Shown here: piece by piece, positions 9,676-18,056 of the stretch
Layout: the number at the start of each line of letters is the position of its first letter
Position numbering within the stretch: position 1 is the stretch's first letter
Assembly (NCBI GenBank): GCA_965261395.1
Contig: OZ253462.1
Location: 4,448,001-4,512,000 of the forward strand
DNA: 64,000 nucleotides
Direction of reading: 5' to 3'
From: Candidatus Latescibacterota bacterium
GTDB taxonomy: Bacteria; Latescibacterota; UBA2968; UBA8231
Translations under genes and position numbers: made by a program
The notes under the pieces: generated by a model
The model's input: the letters and a program-made list of their open reading frames with translations, nothing else
What the model was told of the DNA's origin: nothing
The model's database searches: none

Positions 9676-10257
9676 CTACGTTTCTGATCCCAGAAACTGC
9701 CGGATGTACTCGCCTTTCGGTGTTAGCTGGGTAGAGACGTCGATCACATTGGGCACTTTATCCATTATCTTTTCACGGATCTGTTTAACGACGACGTACC
9801 CTTCTGCTACTGTGAGCTCTGGGTCGGTTTCCGCCGTTAATTCAACATACAGGGCCCCACCCATGGACCGGATGCGAATATTGTGGGTAAATGTTACGCC
9901 TGCTACCTCTTCCGCCATCTCTTCGATTAGGGCTATCGTCTCTAGCGAAGGAGCGAAATCTATCAACTCTTTGACCGCTGTTGCTCCCAACTTCCCAAGC
10001 ACTGTGCAGGATCAAACCCGCGATCACGACCGTGGTGACCGGATTAATCAACGAGAAGGCCGGAAAATAGGAGGAAATGAACTACCCCGCCGCAAGCAGC
10101 GGGGTATCGAGTTAGTAGCCCGAGAGCGCCGCAAGCGGCGGGGTATTAAACCCGAATGAGAAATAAAAATGCTCAGCAGGACTGCCAAGGCGCTGATGGC
10201 AGTAGCTTCCTGAAGTCTCTGTTTTTCATTTGGTTCTGCGTGCGCGTGCATGTGCAT
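9676..10257 (-). pseudogene. Degraded cation diffusion facilitator (FieF-like)
   Basis: GGAGG plus MHMHAHAEP start; TM1-4 apparently deleted; TM5/6 split by an 86-bp insertion; +1 frameshift near 9985; intact C-terminal dimerisation domain (HNIRIRSMGGALYVEL...DPELTVAEG). Confidence 0.8.
10079..10164. mobile_element. 86-bp non-autonomous hairpin element (IS200/IS605-end-like or REP-like MITE)
   Basis: Two GC hairpins; 19/20 direct repeat CGCCGCAAGCRGCGGGGTAT at 10088 and 10127; GAAAT at 10074-78 and 10160-64; excision restores the CDF frame LLSIFISSYFP. Confidence 0.75.
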
Positions 10258-10443
10258 ACTGCTTAACCTCCTGTACAATGCCGTAGGCGACAGCTCATAC
10301 GACTTCTGGGTGGCGATCGGGGGCCGGCAGCGCGGGACCTCAGCAGTGGCAGGTACTGAGGTCAACCACGACTTTGTATATAATACTCGCACCTAACAAG
10401 GTCGCGTGGTGCAACACACAACCCGACATCGCCAAGGGGAAAA

Positions 10444-10457
10444 GCAATGATGTTGCA
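10444..10457. promoter_or_regulatory. Putative Zur/Fur-family operator upstream of the ZIP gene
   Basis: GCAATGATGTTGCA, a near match to the TGCAAC-N3-GTTGCA palindrome type, about 50 bp before the ZIP start. Confidence 0.4.
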
Positions 10458-10505
10458 GGAAACCGCGATCGCCGGCTGCCCAGCTAGTTTCCGGTTATAG
10501 CCATC

Positions 10506-11372
10506 ATGGATTCAAACGCTCTACTGGTTTTGTCGGCCTACTCAGCCGCTATCTTTGCCGCTTCCCTTCTCGGCGGGAAATTGGCGGCCTTGGGTACCAT
10601 GACGCATACGCGTACTCAGGTCGTGATGAGTCTTGTGGCCGGCTTCATCCTCGGCATCGCCATGTTTCACCTGCTACCCCACAGCCTCAATCGCATTCCC
10701 GGGCCTGACATGGTAGAAAAAACCGTGGGATGGATGGTCTTAGGCATGGTCCTGATGATTTTCTTACTGCGTATCTTTCACTTTCATCAGCATGACTTCA
10801 GCAGCGAGGCGAGCGATCTGTACGATCAACACGACCACGGTAGTTCCGGCATCCATTCTCGGAGTTTGTTCGGCGTTGCCATCGGCCTAGGAGTGCACAC
10901 CGTGACCGAAGGGATCGCGCTGGGCACTAGCATGAAGATGGGGCCGCCGCATGAAAACGACGTCGCCTTGGCGGGCTTAGGAGTATTCTTCGCCATTCTG
11001 CTGCACAAGCCGCTCGATGCGTACTCCATTATCGGCATGATGAAGTCCGCCGGGCACAGCCAGCGCGCCCGGACATTGGCCAATGTCGGATTTGCCATGC
11101 TGTGCCCTTTGGTGGCCCTGGCAAGCTTTGGGGGTGTGGAATTGCTTGGCTCGGAAGAAGGGGCGGTGGTCGGCTATGTGCTGTCTTTTGCGGCGGGCGC
11201 GTTCTTGTGCATTGCCTTGAGCGACCTGCTGCCGGAGATCCATTTCCACAGCCACGATCGCGGCAAGCTCATCGCATCCCTGCTCGTGGGCATCGGTCTC
11301 GCCTACGCACTGTATTACGTTGAATCCAGCGCCATCCACGGACATGGGATGGAGACGCACATAGGGCATTAG
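10506..11372 (+). CDS. ZIP family divalent metal transporter
   Basis: HLLPH, GVHTVTEGIALG, AILLHKPLD, SDLLPEIHFH and a His-rich loop. Confidence 0.92.
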   Translation: MDSNALLVLSAYSAAIFAASLLGGKLAALGTMTHTRTQVVMSLVAGFILGIAMFHLLPHSLNRIPGPDMVEKTVGWMVLGMVLMIFLLRIFHFHQHDFSSEASDLYDQHDHGSSGIHSRSLFGVAIGLGVHTVTEGIALGTSMKMGPPHENDVALAGLGVFFAILLHKPLDAYSIIGMMKSAGHSQRARTLANVGFAMLCPLVALASFGGVELLGSEEGAVVGYVLSFAAGAFLCIALSDLLPEIHFHSHDRGKLIASLLVGIGLAYALYYVESSAIHGHGMETHIGH

Positions 11373-11381
11373 CCCGGCGGG

Positions 11382-12392
11382 CTATATCGCCACCTTCTGC
11401 CCTGTCTTCACCGACTCGATTTCCTTCAGGCACAACAGCAGCGAGTTCCGCGCGCTCTGACCGCCTATCTCCTGCGACGCCCTACCGTGCGCGATCGCAT
11501 CTACCGCTTCCTGCAACTCGCCGACAAAGCCGTCCTCCCCCGGCAGAGATGGCGTGCAGACCTCGCCGTCCTTGGTCAACAGTTGCGGCGGCTGGCCCCA
11601 AGACGAGTTGTACTTGAGCGTGGCCTCCTCAAAGTACACGTCATAGCCGTGCTCAAAGGGACAGCCCTGTTGCGCCAACCAACCGCCTTCGGCGCTGATG
11701 GCCATTGGGCCGTCGTACTGGTAGTGGGTGTTGATGTACTCGACCGTCTCACCCCGGCCAATGTATCCTTGTGAGCTAACCGCGGTGGGCATCCCGAACA
11801 AAAACTGCACGAAGTCCGCGTCGTGGATGTGTAGGTCAATCGCTGGTCCGCCGGTGCGCTGCAAGTCTTCTGGTGCCCACCACGCTGGGCGCGAGATAAT
11901 CCGCTTGAAGTGGGCGGCGAGCACCGGGCCGTGCTCCGCGTCGGCGACGAGCTGTTTGATCAGCCGGAATTCTGGGAAATACCGCAGGACGTGGGCAACC
12001 ATAAACTGCCGCTGGTGTTCCTCGGCCGCCGCCACGATCCGGTCGGCGTCGTCCAAGGCTAATGCAATGGGCTTTTCCAATAGCACGTGCTTGCCCGCAG
12101 TTAGCGCGTGGATGCTGGTCTCGACGTGCATCGTCGTCGGCAGACAGATGTCCACCAAGTCGATCTCCGGATCGGCGCACAGCTCGTCCAACGTTTCGTA
12201 GCACCGTATTCCCGACAAGTCCTGCTCCCCCCCGCTGTCGCCGAAATTGCCCTGAATGTCGCGCCAATCCCCCGCGCGCTTTTTGGGGTTGCGCGAGACG
12301 ATGGCCGCGACTTGGCCCCCTTTAACTTGGGCTATAGCCTTGTAGTGAGTCATGCCCATGAAACCGATGCCGACAATGCCGATATTGACCAT
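11382..12392 (-). CDS. Gfo/Idh/MocA family oxidoreductase
   Basis: GIVGIGFMG, GKHVLLEKPIA, DLHIHDAD. Confidence 0.93.
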   Translation of the reverse strand: MVNIGIVGIGFMGMTHYKAIAQVKGGQVAAIVSRNPKKRAGDWRDIQGNFGDSGGEQDLSGIRCYETLDELCADPEIDLVDICLPTTMHVETSIHALTAGKHVLLEKPIALALDDADRIVAAAEEHQRQFMVAHVLRYFPEFRLIKQLVADAEHGPVLAAHFKRIISRPAWWAPEDLQRTGGPAIDLHIHDADFVQFLFGMPTAVSSQGYIGRGETVEYINTHYQYDGPMAISAEGGWLAQQGCPFEHGYDVYFEEATLKYNSSWGQPPQLLTKDGEVCTPSLPGEDGFVGELQEAVDAIAHGRASQEIGGQSARNSLLLCLKEIESVKTGQKVAI

Positions 12393-12544
12393 AGTGTTCT
12401 CCTTGTCTTTTTAGTGGTGACCACTTCCAAACAAAACCTGCGGAGCGAGACAAGGCAAGCAAGTTGCTGCCGAGAGCTAACCCGCTCTTTAATTCTTTCT
12501 TATTTTGTTCTACAATCACATCCACTCAGCCCCGAGGCCATCCC

Positions 12545-13681
12545 ATGCCCGCTGAAACCTACGGCATTCTGCTGGTCAGCTTCAGCAAGCACAGCCACCA
12601 GCAGCACTTCATCCCCTTGTACCAAGCCCATCCCCGCCTGCGCATCATCGGCGTCGCCGACTACCCCGACATCGACCCGGACTTGCGCCGCTACAATCAG
12701 CACTGGGCTGGCCAACTCGGCGTGCCCTACTCAGAGGACCTCGACGAGTCCATTGACGACCCGGCCGTCGATATTGTCAGCGTCGGCTGCGAAATCGAAC
12801 GGCGGTCCACACTCATCGTCCGCGCGGCCGAGGCTGGCAAGCACCTGTGGATCGACAAATTTCCCGGGGCCACCCTCGCCGAGGCCGAGGCGTCCGCAGT
12901 CGCGGTCGAGCGCACCGGCGTCCGGGCGATCATCCCCGGCTACGCCTACGGCACCCTCGCCCAGCACACCCGCCGCGTCCTCGCCAGCGGCGACTTGGGC
13001 ACCCTGCTCGGCGTCCACGTCGATGTGATGTTCGGCAAGGGCTGGCCGCGCCCGATAACTCAACGCCGCGCCTTTGCCGCACCCAACGGCCGGTGGAAAT
13101 ACCCCGATATCAAAAGAGAACTGCTGACGGTGGGCGCATACGCAGTCGGCCTAATCCAGGAATGCCTCGGCCCCATTCGCCACGTCGTCGGCCACGCCGG
13201 GGCCTTCTTCTTCCCCGAACACGCCGCCCACGGCTGCGACGATTTTGGCACCCTGACTATGACTGATGCCGACGGCCGCCTAGCGACCTTGTGCGGCGGG
13301 CGCATTGGTGCAGCTTCCCATCCCCAAGGCGGGCCGTCGCGGGCGTACCTAATCGGCACCCGCCAGAGCGCCACCATCGACGCCAAAAAACCAGCGCTGG
13401 ACGCCTATCTGCGCGACTACAGCACCGGCTACGACTATCGGCCCGACCCCGAGGATCCCATGCAGTGGCACGGAGGCCCGCCCGTCCCAACCGCTTCCCT
13501 ATCCGAAGACGTAGCGGGCCTAGCAGCCGGGCTCGACGATTTGGTCGCCGCCATCGACGACGACCGACCGCCCCGCTATGGCGTGCGCCAAGCGCGGGAT
13601 TTGATGGAAATTATCCTCGCTGGCTACCGCGCCGTCGAGTGCAACGCGGCCATCGACCTGCCGCTGGAGCAAGAGCTATGA
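12545..13681 (+). CDS. Gfo/Idh/MocA family oxidoreductase (divergent)
   Basis: DDPAVDIVSV and AGKHLWIDKFP; start placed at ATG 12545 after a GAGG RBS. Confidence 0.8.
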   Translation: MPAETYGILLVSFSKHSHQQHFIPLYQAHPRLRIIGVADYPDIDPDLRRYNQHWAGQLGVPYSEDLDESIDDPAVDIVSVGCEIERRSTLIVRAAEAGKHLWIDKFPGATLAEAEASAVAVERTGVRAIIPGYAYGTLAQHTRRVLASGDLGTLLGVHVDVMFGKGWPRPITQRRAFAAPNGRWKYPDIKRELLTVGAYAVGLIQECLGPIRHVVGHAGAFFFPEHAAHGCDDFGTLTMTDADGRLATLCGGRIGAASHPQGGPSRAYLIGTRQSATIDAKKPALDAYLRDYSTGYDYRPDPEDPMQWHGGPPVPTASLSEDVAGLAAGLDDLVAAIDDDRPPRYGVRQARDLMEIILAGYRAVECNAAIDLPLEQEL

Positions 13682-14514
13682 CGATCGCCCTCAGTGCCCA
13701 TCCCGCCCTCGACCCACTCGTCGGCCAACTCGCCGCCGCTCTGCCGATCAAGGGCCTGTACTATCCAGTACGTCGGCACCCCGGCACCGCCTTGCCCTTT
13801 TTTAGCGACTTGCCGACCATGCTCCAGGCAACCAGCCCCCGCGTCTGCGCCTTCCTCTCGCCTTATGCAGCCCTCCGCGACGATGTCCGCATCTGCCTCC
13901 AAGCCGGCGTCGCCGTCCTCTGCGCCGGGCCAGTGCCCAAGGCCGACCTGCCCATCGCCAGCGGCGGCGTCCATCGCGGGTCGCCCCTGTTTGCCAAGGC
14001 GCTACAGCAGCGACGCGACCCCTCGTTCGCCGAGCCGGTCTATTTGCGCCTCGTGGCCGGCGTCCAGGGGCCGGGATTGCTGTCGGCGTGGTGGGCCGCT
14101 TGTCGCCAGCTAGCCTTGGCCAGCGACCTGCTGGGCGAAACTCCCGCCCAGGTACATCTTTGCGCCAACCGCCACGGCCGCGCCTACCAAGTGGTGCTGA
14201 CCGCCACGGCTCCCAGCGGCGCGGCGCTCCAGCTAGTTGTCGCTCCCCAGCCTGCGCTGGCCGAGCTAACCTTGCTGGGCCGAGGCGGCGTGATCTCGGC
14301 CAGCGCCGCGCACAGTGGGATCGCCCTATCCAGCGCTAAGGGAACCCAAGTCGTGCCGGACGAGACAGCTCCTCCGGCCGAACTGGCGTGGTTGCGCGAT
14401 TTTTGGGAGAAAAAGAATCCGCCGAGCGAGCACTCAGGCGATTACGGCCAAGCCCTGCTCGGCGGCCTGCGGCGGGCGCTGAGGACGCGCCAGCCTGTTT
14501 TGGTCGCTCTCTAA
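13678..14514 (+). CDS. Hypothetical protein, possibly a degenerate Gfo/Idh/MocA paralog
   Basis: ATGA overlap with the upstream gene; CLQAGVAVLCAGP resembles the degenerate GKHVLCEKP motif. Confidence 0.6.
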   Translation: MTIALSAHPALDPLVGQLAAALPIKGLYYPVRRHPGTALPFFSDLPTMLQATSPRVCAFLSPYAALRDDVRICLQAGVAVLCAGPVPKADLPIASGGVHRGSPLFAKALQQRRDPSFAEPVYLRLVAGVQGPGLLSAWWAACRQLALASDLLGETPAQVHLCANRHGRAYQVVLTATAPSGAALQLVVAPQPALAELTLLGRGGVISASAAHSGIALSSAKGTQVVPDETAPPAELAWLRDFWEKKNPPSEHSGDYGQALLGGLRRALRTRQPVLVAL

Positions 14515-14541
14515 GAAGCTTCGCCCCAAGAACGGTAATTC

Positions 14542-14778
14542 ATGCCGCAACCCACTGCTCAATACAGGCCGAGACACGCCTTCGCACTGCTTTTGCTGTG
14601 CTGCTGGGGAGCGATGGGATCGGCGAGGGACGCGTACGGGCTCAAGATCTTCCGCATCGGCGGCGAAGATCTTGAGGCGGCTGAGGCCGAAGGGGCCGGG
14701 ATGGAACTCAGGGCGCGCATGGGCGACGACGCGAACCCGACAGCGTCTTGCCACCGGGTTTCTACATCCTGCAGCTAA
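14542..14778 (+). pseudogene. Probable N-terminal remnant of a secreted protein
   Basis: Signal-peptide-like start followed by LKIFRIGGED and an early stop. Confidence 0.35.
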
Positions 14779-14856
14779 AGGTAGATACCGATCGTGGCAT
14801 TGAAACGCGCCAGCAACTCCTATTGATAGTCTATTGATCGGTCCGGATAAACTCCC

Positions 14857-16269
14857 ATGAGCGAGACCACGTCCGCACAAGAGCCACTCTCGCCGTTGGA
14901 TCGGCTGCTCGAAAGTTTTCCCTTGGGCAAGGTGCCGCTGGTGATGGCGCTATTATTTATCCTCTCGGCGCTGACGATCGGCATTGGTGGCGACAGGGAG
15001 GGAACGCGGCTGAGCTATTGGTGCTTCGCGCGGACCCACTACGACGACTATGTAATAGCCAAGAGACGCTTTGAGGCCATGCACCCGGGCTGGCAGGTGG
15101 AGATCAAGCTGATGGATAGTCAAAGCTTATCCAATCGCTTGACGGCCGCTTTTGTGCGCGGCAGTGGAGCGCCGGATGCCAGCGAGATCGAGATCAACGA
15201 TATCGGCCGTTTTTTTAAAGGCGAGGCCGAGGAAGTGCCCTTTGAGGATCTGGAACAACTGGGGGCGCAATACGGCGACGAGGGCTGGGTCGAGCGGATC
15301 GTCGAGGCGCGCTATGCGCCGTGGTCTTATAAGGGACACATATTCGGCATCCCGCAGGACTTGCACCCGGTAGTGATGATGTATCGCACGGATCTTTTCG
15401 CCCAGTTGGGCTATGCCGATTTTCCGGCGGCGGCGCAAACCTGGGAAGACTTTATCCGCATCGCCCGCCAAATCAGCCGACCCAAAGAAGTAGACCCAGA
15501 CAACCCGCGCTATGCCATCGGGCTACACAACAAGGATTTCTGGCAGTTCTGGCAATTGCTGCACCAGCGCGGCGTCAGCGTCTACAGCGAAGATCGCTTG
15601 CCAATGGTCAACAGCCCTCAAGCCATTGGTGTGCTAAACTTGATCCAGGGCATGTTCAAGGACGGGGTGGCTTGGCCGATCCGCGATACGCCGACTCTTT
15701 GGGAGGCCATCAAACAGGACGAGGTGTTGACCTTTCTGGCCGCCGACTGGTTTATCGGCTTTTTGCGCAACAATGTGCCCGAGCAGGCGGGCAAGTGGCG
15801 GGCGATGCCGATCCCGGCCTGGGAGCCGGGCGGCAGGCGGGTTTCGACGCACGGGGGCACCACCACGGTCATTCCCAAACAGGGCAAGAACAAGCGCATG
15901 GCCTGGGAACTAACCAAGTTCTTCTACCTGAACTCGCAGGAGGCGGTCTATCGGGCACTGAAGACGCGGGTGATGCCGGCGTTGCACGAGTCTTACGAGG
16001 ATCCCCGGCTGCTCGAAGACCGCTTCGACTATCTGGGTGGCCAACGCCTAGGGCTGCTCTTTGCCGAATTGAAGGATGACGTGCCGGTGGTCTATCTGCA
16101 CTCGTCGTGGACCGAGGCCAGGATGCAGATGAGCAACGCGGTGTTCCAGGTGGTCGAGGAGGGGGCGGATCCGGCTGACGAGCTGGACAAGGTACAGCGA
16201 CATATCGAGGGCATTATGCAGCGCTACGCCGAGGTCGAGGCAATATTGGCGGGCAGGGGGGAGGACTGA
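14857..16269 (+). CDS. Carbohydrate ABC transporter substrate-binding protein (membrane anchored)
   Basis: GSGAPD, GIPQDLHPVVMMYRTDLF, TWEDFI, GKWRAMPIP. Confidence 0.9.
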   Translation: MSETTSAQEPLSPLDRLLESFPLGKVPLVMALLFILSALTIGIGGDREGTRLSYWCFARTHYDDYVIAKRRFEAMHPGWQVEIKLMDSQSLSNRLTAAFVRGSGAPDASEIEINDIGRFFKGEAEEVPFEDLEQLGAQYGDEGWVERIVEARYAPWSYKGHIFGIPQDLHPVVMMYRTDLFAQLGYADFPAAAQTWEDFIRIARQISRPKEVDPDNPRYAIGLHNKDFWQFWQLLHQRGVSVYSEDRLPMVNSPQAIGVLNLIQGMFKDGVAWPIRDTPTLWEAIKQDEVLTFLAADWFIGFLRNNVPEQAGKWRAMPIPAWEPGGRRVSTHGGTTTVIPKQGKNKRMAWELTKFFYLNSQEAVYRALKTRVMPALHESYEDPRLLEDRFDYLGGQRLGLLFAELKDDVPVVYLHSSWTEARMQMSNAVFQVVEEGADPADELDKVQRHIEGIMQRYAEVEAILAGRGED

Positions 16270-17126
16270 TGGCGCGGCGGCAACTGGCCCCCTATGTCTT
16301 TATCTCGCCCTTTTACGTCCTCTACGCGGCGTTTATGCTCTATCCGCTGGTCTCGTCGATGTGGACCAGTTTCCACTTCCAGCGGACGTTGGACACTCAT
16401 GTCTTCGTCGGCTTGTTCAATTACCGGATTCTGCTGGGCGACCCCCTGTTCTGGCAGGCGCTGTTCAACACCTTCTACTTCACCTGCGGGGTGCTCTTCG
16501 TGCAGTTGCCGGTGGCGCTGGGGATGGCGCTTGTTGTCAACGCGCGTTTTTTGCGCAGGCGCAACTTCTTCCGGCTGTGCTTTTTTTCGCCGACATTAGT
16601 TGCCGGGGTCTTCGTGGCGATCATCTTCCGGCAGATATATCACCCAGACTACGGGATCTTCAATATGCTCTTCGGCGTCGACATCTCTTGGCTGGAGGAG
16701 CAGTGGTTGATCATGCCGTCAATTATCATGACCAGCGTCTGGCAGTCGGCCGGGTTCAATATGCTCTACTTTTTGGCCGGGCTGCAGGGCATCCGCCGCG
16801 AGCTCTACGAAGCGGCCGAGGTCGACGGGGCCAACCGCTGGCAGAGCTTTGTCAACGTGACGCTGCCGGGTCTGCGGCCGATCCTGATCTTTGTGGTTAT
16901 CATCTCGATCATCAATTCGCTACAGCTCTTCGACGTGCCCTTCGTGCTACTCGACGGCGAGGGACCGGGCGGGCACGGGCGCACCATCGTGATGTATCTG
17001 TACCAGAAGTTCGAGACCTCCGAGCTGGGCCTAGCCTGCGCGACAGGCTGGACTCTGGCAGTGCTGATCTTCGCGGTGACCATGGCGCAGTTGCGGCTAA
17101 TGCGCGCCTTTGGGGACGAGTCGTAA
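16269..17126 (+). CDS. Carbohydrate ABC transporter permease
   Basis: EAA loop ELYEAAEVDGANRWQSF. Confidence 0.93.
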   Translation: MARRQLAPYVFISPFYVLYAAFMLYPLVSSMWTSFHFQRTLDTHVFVGLFNYRILLGDPLFWQALFNTFYFTCGVLFVQLPVALGMALVVNARFLRRRNFFRLCFFSPTLVAGVFVAIIFRQIYHPDYGIFNMLFGVDISWLEEQWLIMPSIIMTSVWQSAGFNMLYFLAGLQGIRRELYEAAEVDGANRWQSFVNVTLPGLRPILIFVVIISIINSLQLFDVPFVLLDGEGPGGHGRTIVMYLYQKFETSELGLACATGWTLAVLIFAVTMAQLRLMRAFGDES

Positions 17127-17989
17127 TGGGCGCACGGGTGTTCAAGGTCCTGGCCTACGCCCTGCTGGTGGGGACCGCGCTGGCGATCATGGTCCCGCTG
17201 GCGTGGACGGTGATGTCGTCGTTCCGGCCGGTGGGGGATATCTTCTCGCGCGAGTTGCCCACGGCGCTGGCGGATTTCACCCTGCAGAACTATCGGGGAC
17301 TCTACCAGCCGATCGAGCGTTCGGTCGGGACTGAGCAGCGGCTCTTTCCGCCGATCCCCTACGGGCGGTTCTTTTTGAACAGCGTCTTTGTCTCCACCGG
17401 CTTCACTTTGCTGGCGCTGTTTTTCAGTTCGCTGGGCGGTTTTGGTTTCGGCAAATACGAATTCCGTGGCAAGAAGGTCCTCTTTATGATATTGCTGGGG
17501 TCGATGATGATTCCCTTCCACGTAGGGCTGATCCCACTCTACAGCCTGATGGCTCAAATCGGCTGGATCAACTCGTTTCAGGCTCTGATCATTCCGGGAT
17601 CGGCCAGCGCCTTCGCGATTTTCCTAATGCGCCAGTACGTGGCGACGGTGCCCGACAGCCTGATCGACTCGGCCCGGATAGACGGTTGTTCGGAGTTCGG
17701 AATTTACTGGCAGGTAGTGCTGCCTCTGCTCAAGCCGGCCCTGGGGGCGTTGACGATCCTGCTGTTTATGGGGCGCTGGAACGATTTTCTATGGCCGTCG
17801 ATGGTGCTGTTGGACGAGGCGCATTTCACCCTGCCGGTGGGCTTGAAGTCGCTGATCAGCACCTATCAGGAGGAATATGGGGTGCTGCTAGCAGGGACGA
17901 CGCTGGCGGTGGTGCCGATGGTAGCGCTCTTTTTGTGGATGCAACGAGAATTCGTCGAGGGCATCACGCTCGGCGCGGTCAAGGAATAG
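17126..17989 (+). CDS. Carbohydrate ABC transporter permease
   Basis: TAATG overlap start; VPDSLIDSARIDG, WNDFLWP. Confidence 0.93.
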   Translation: MGARVFKVLAYALLVGTALAIMVPLAWTVMSSFRPVGDIFSRELPTALADFTLQNYRGLYQPIERSVGTEQRLFPPIPYGRFFLNSVFVSTGFTLLALFFSSLGGFGFGKYEFRGKKVLFMILLGSMMIPFHVGLIPLYSLMAQIGWINSFQALIIPGSASAFAIFLMRQYVATVPDSLIDSARIDGCSEFGIYWQVVLPLLKPALGALTILLFMGRWNDFLWPSMVLLDEAHFTLPVGLKSLISTYQEEYGVLLAGTTLAVVPMVALFLWMQREFVEGITLGAVKE

Positions 17990-18056
17990 TACCAACAACG
18001 ACTAGGCGCTAATCGAATCTTCGGATGTATTGGCGCAAGAACAGAAGGAATTGATT

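Noticed and set aside
10079-10164. Repeat pair considered as a mini-CRISPR or terminator
   Set aside because: Only two units with a 19-nt spacer, no cas genes and no U-tract; it interrupts a coding frame
17990-18056. AT-richer spacer that might be another gene remnant
   Set aside because: Too short to assign; no recognisable motif
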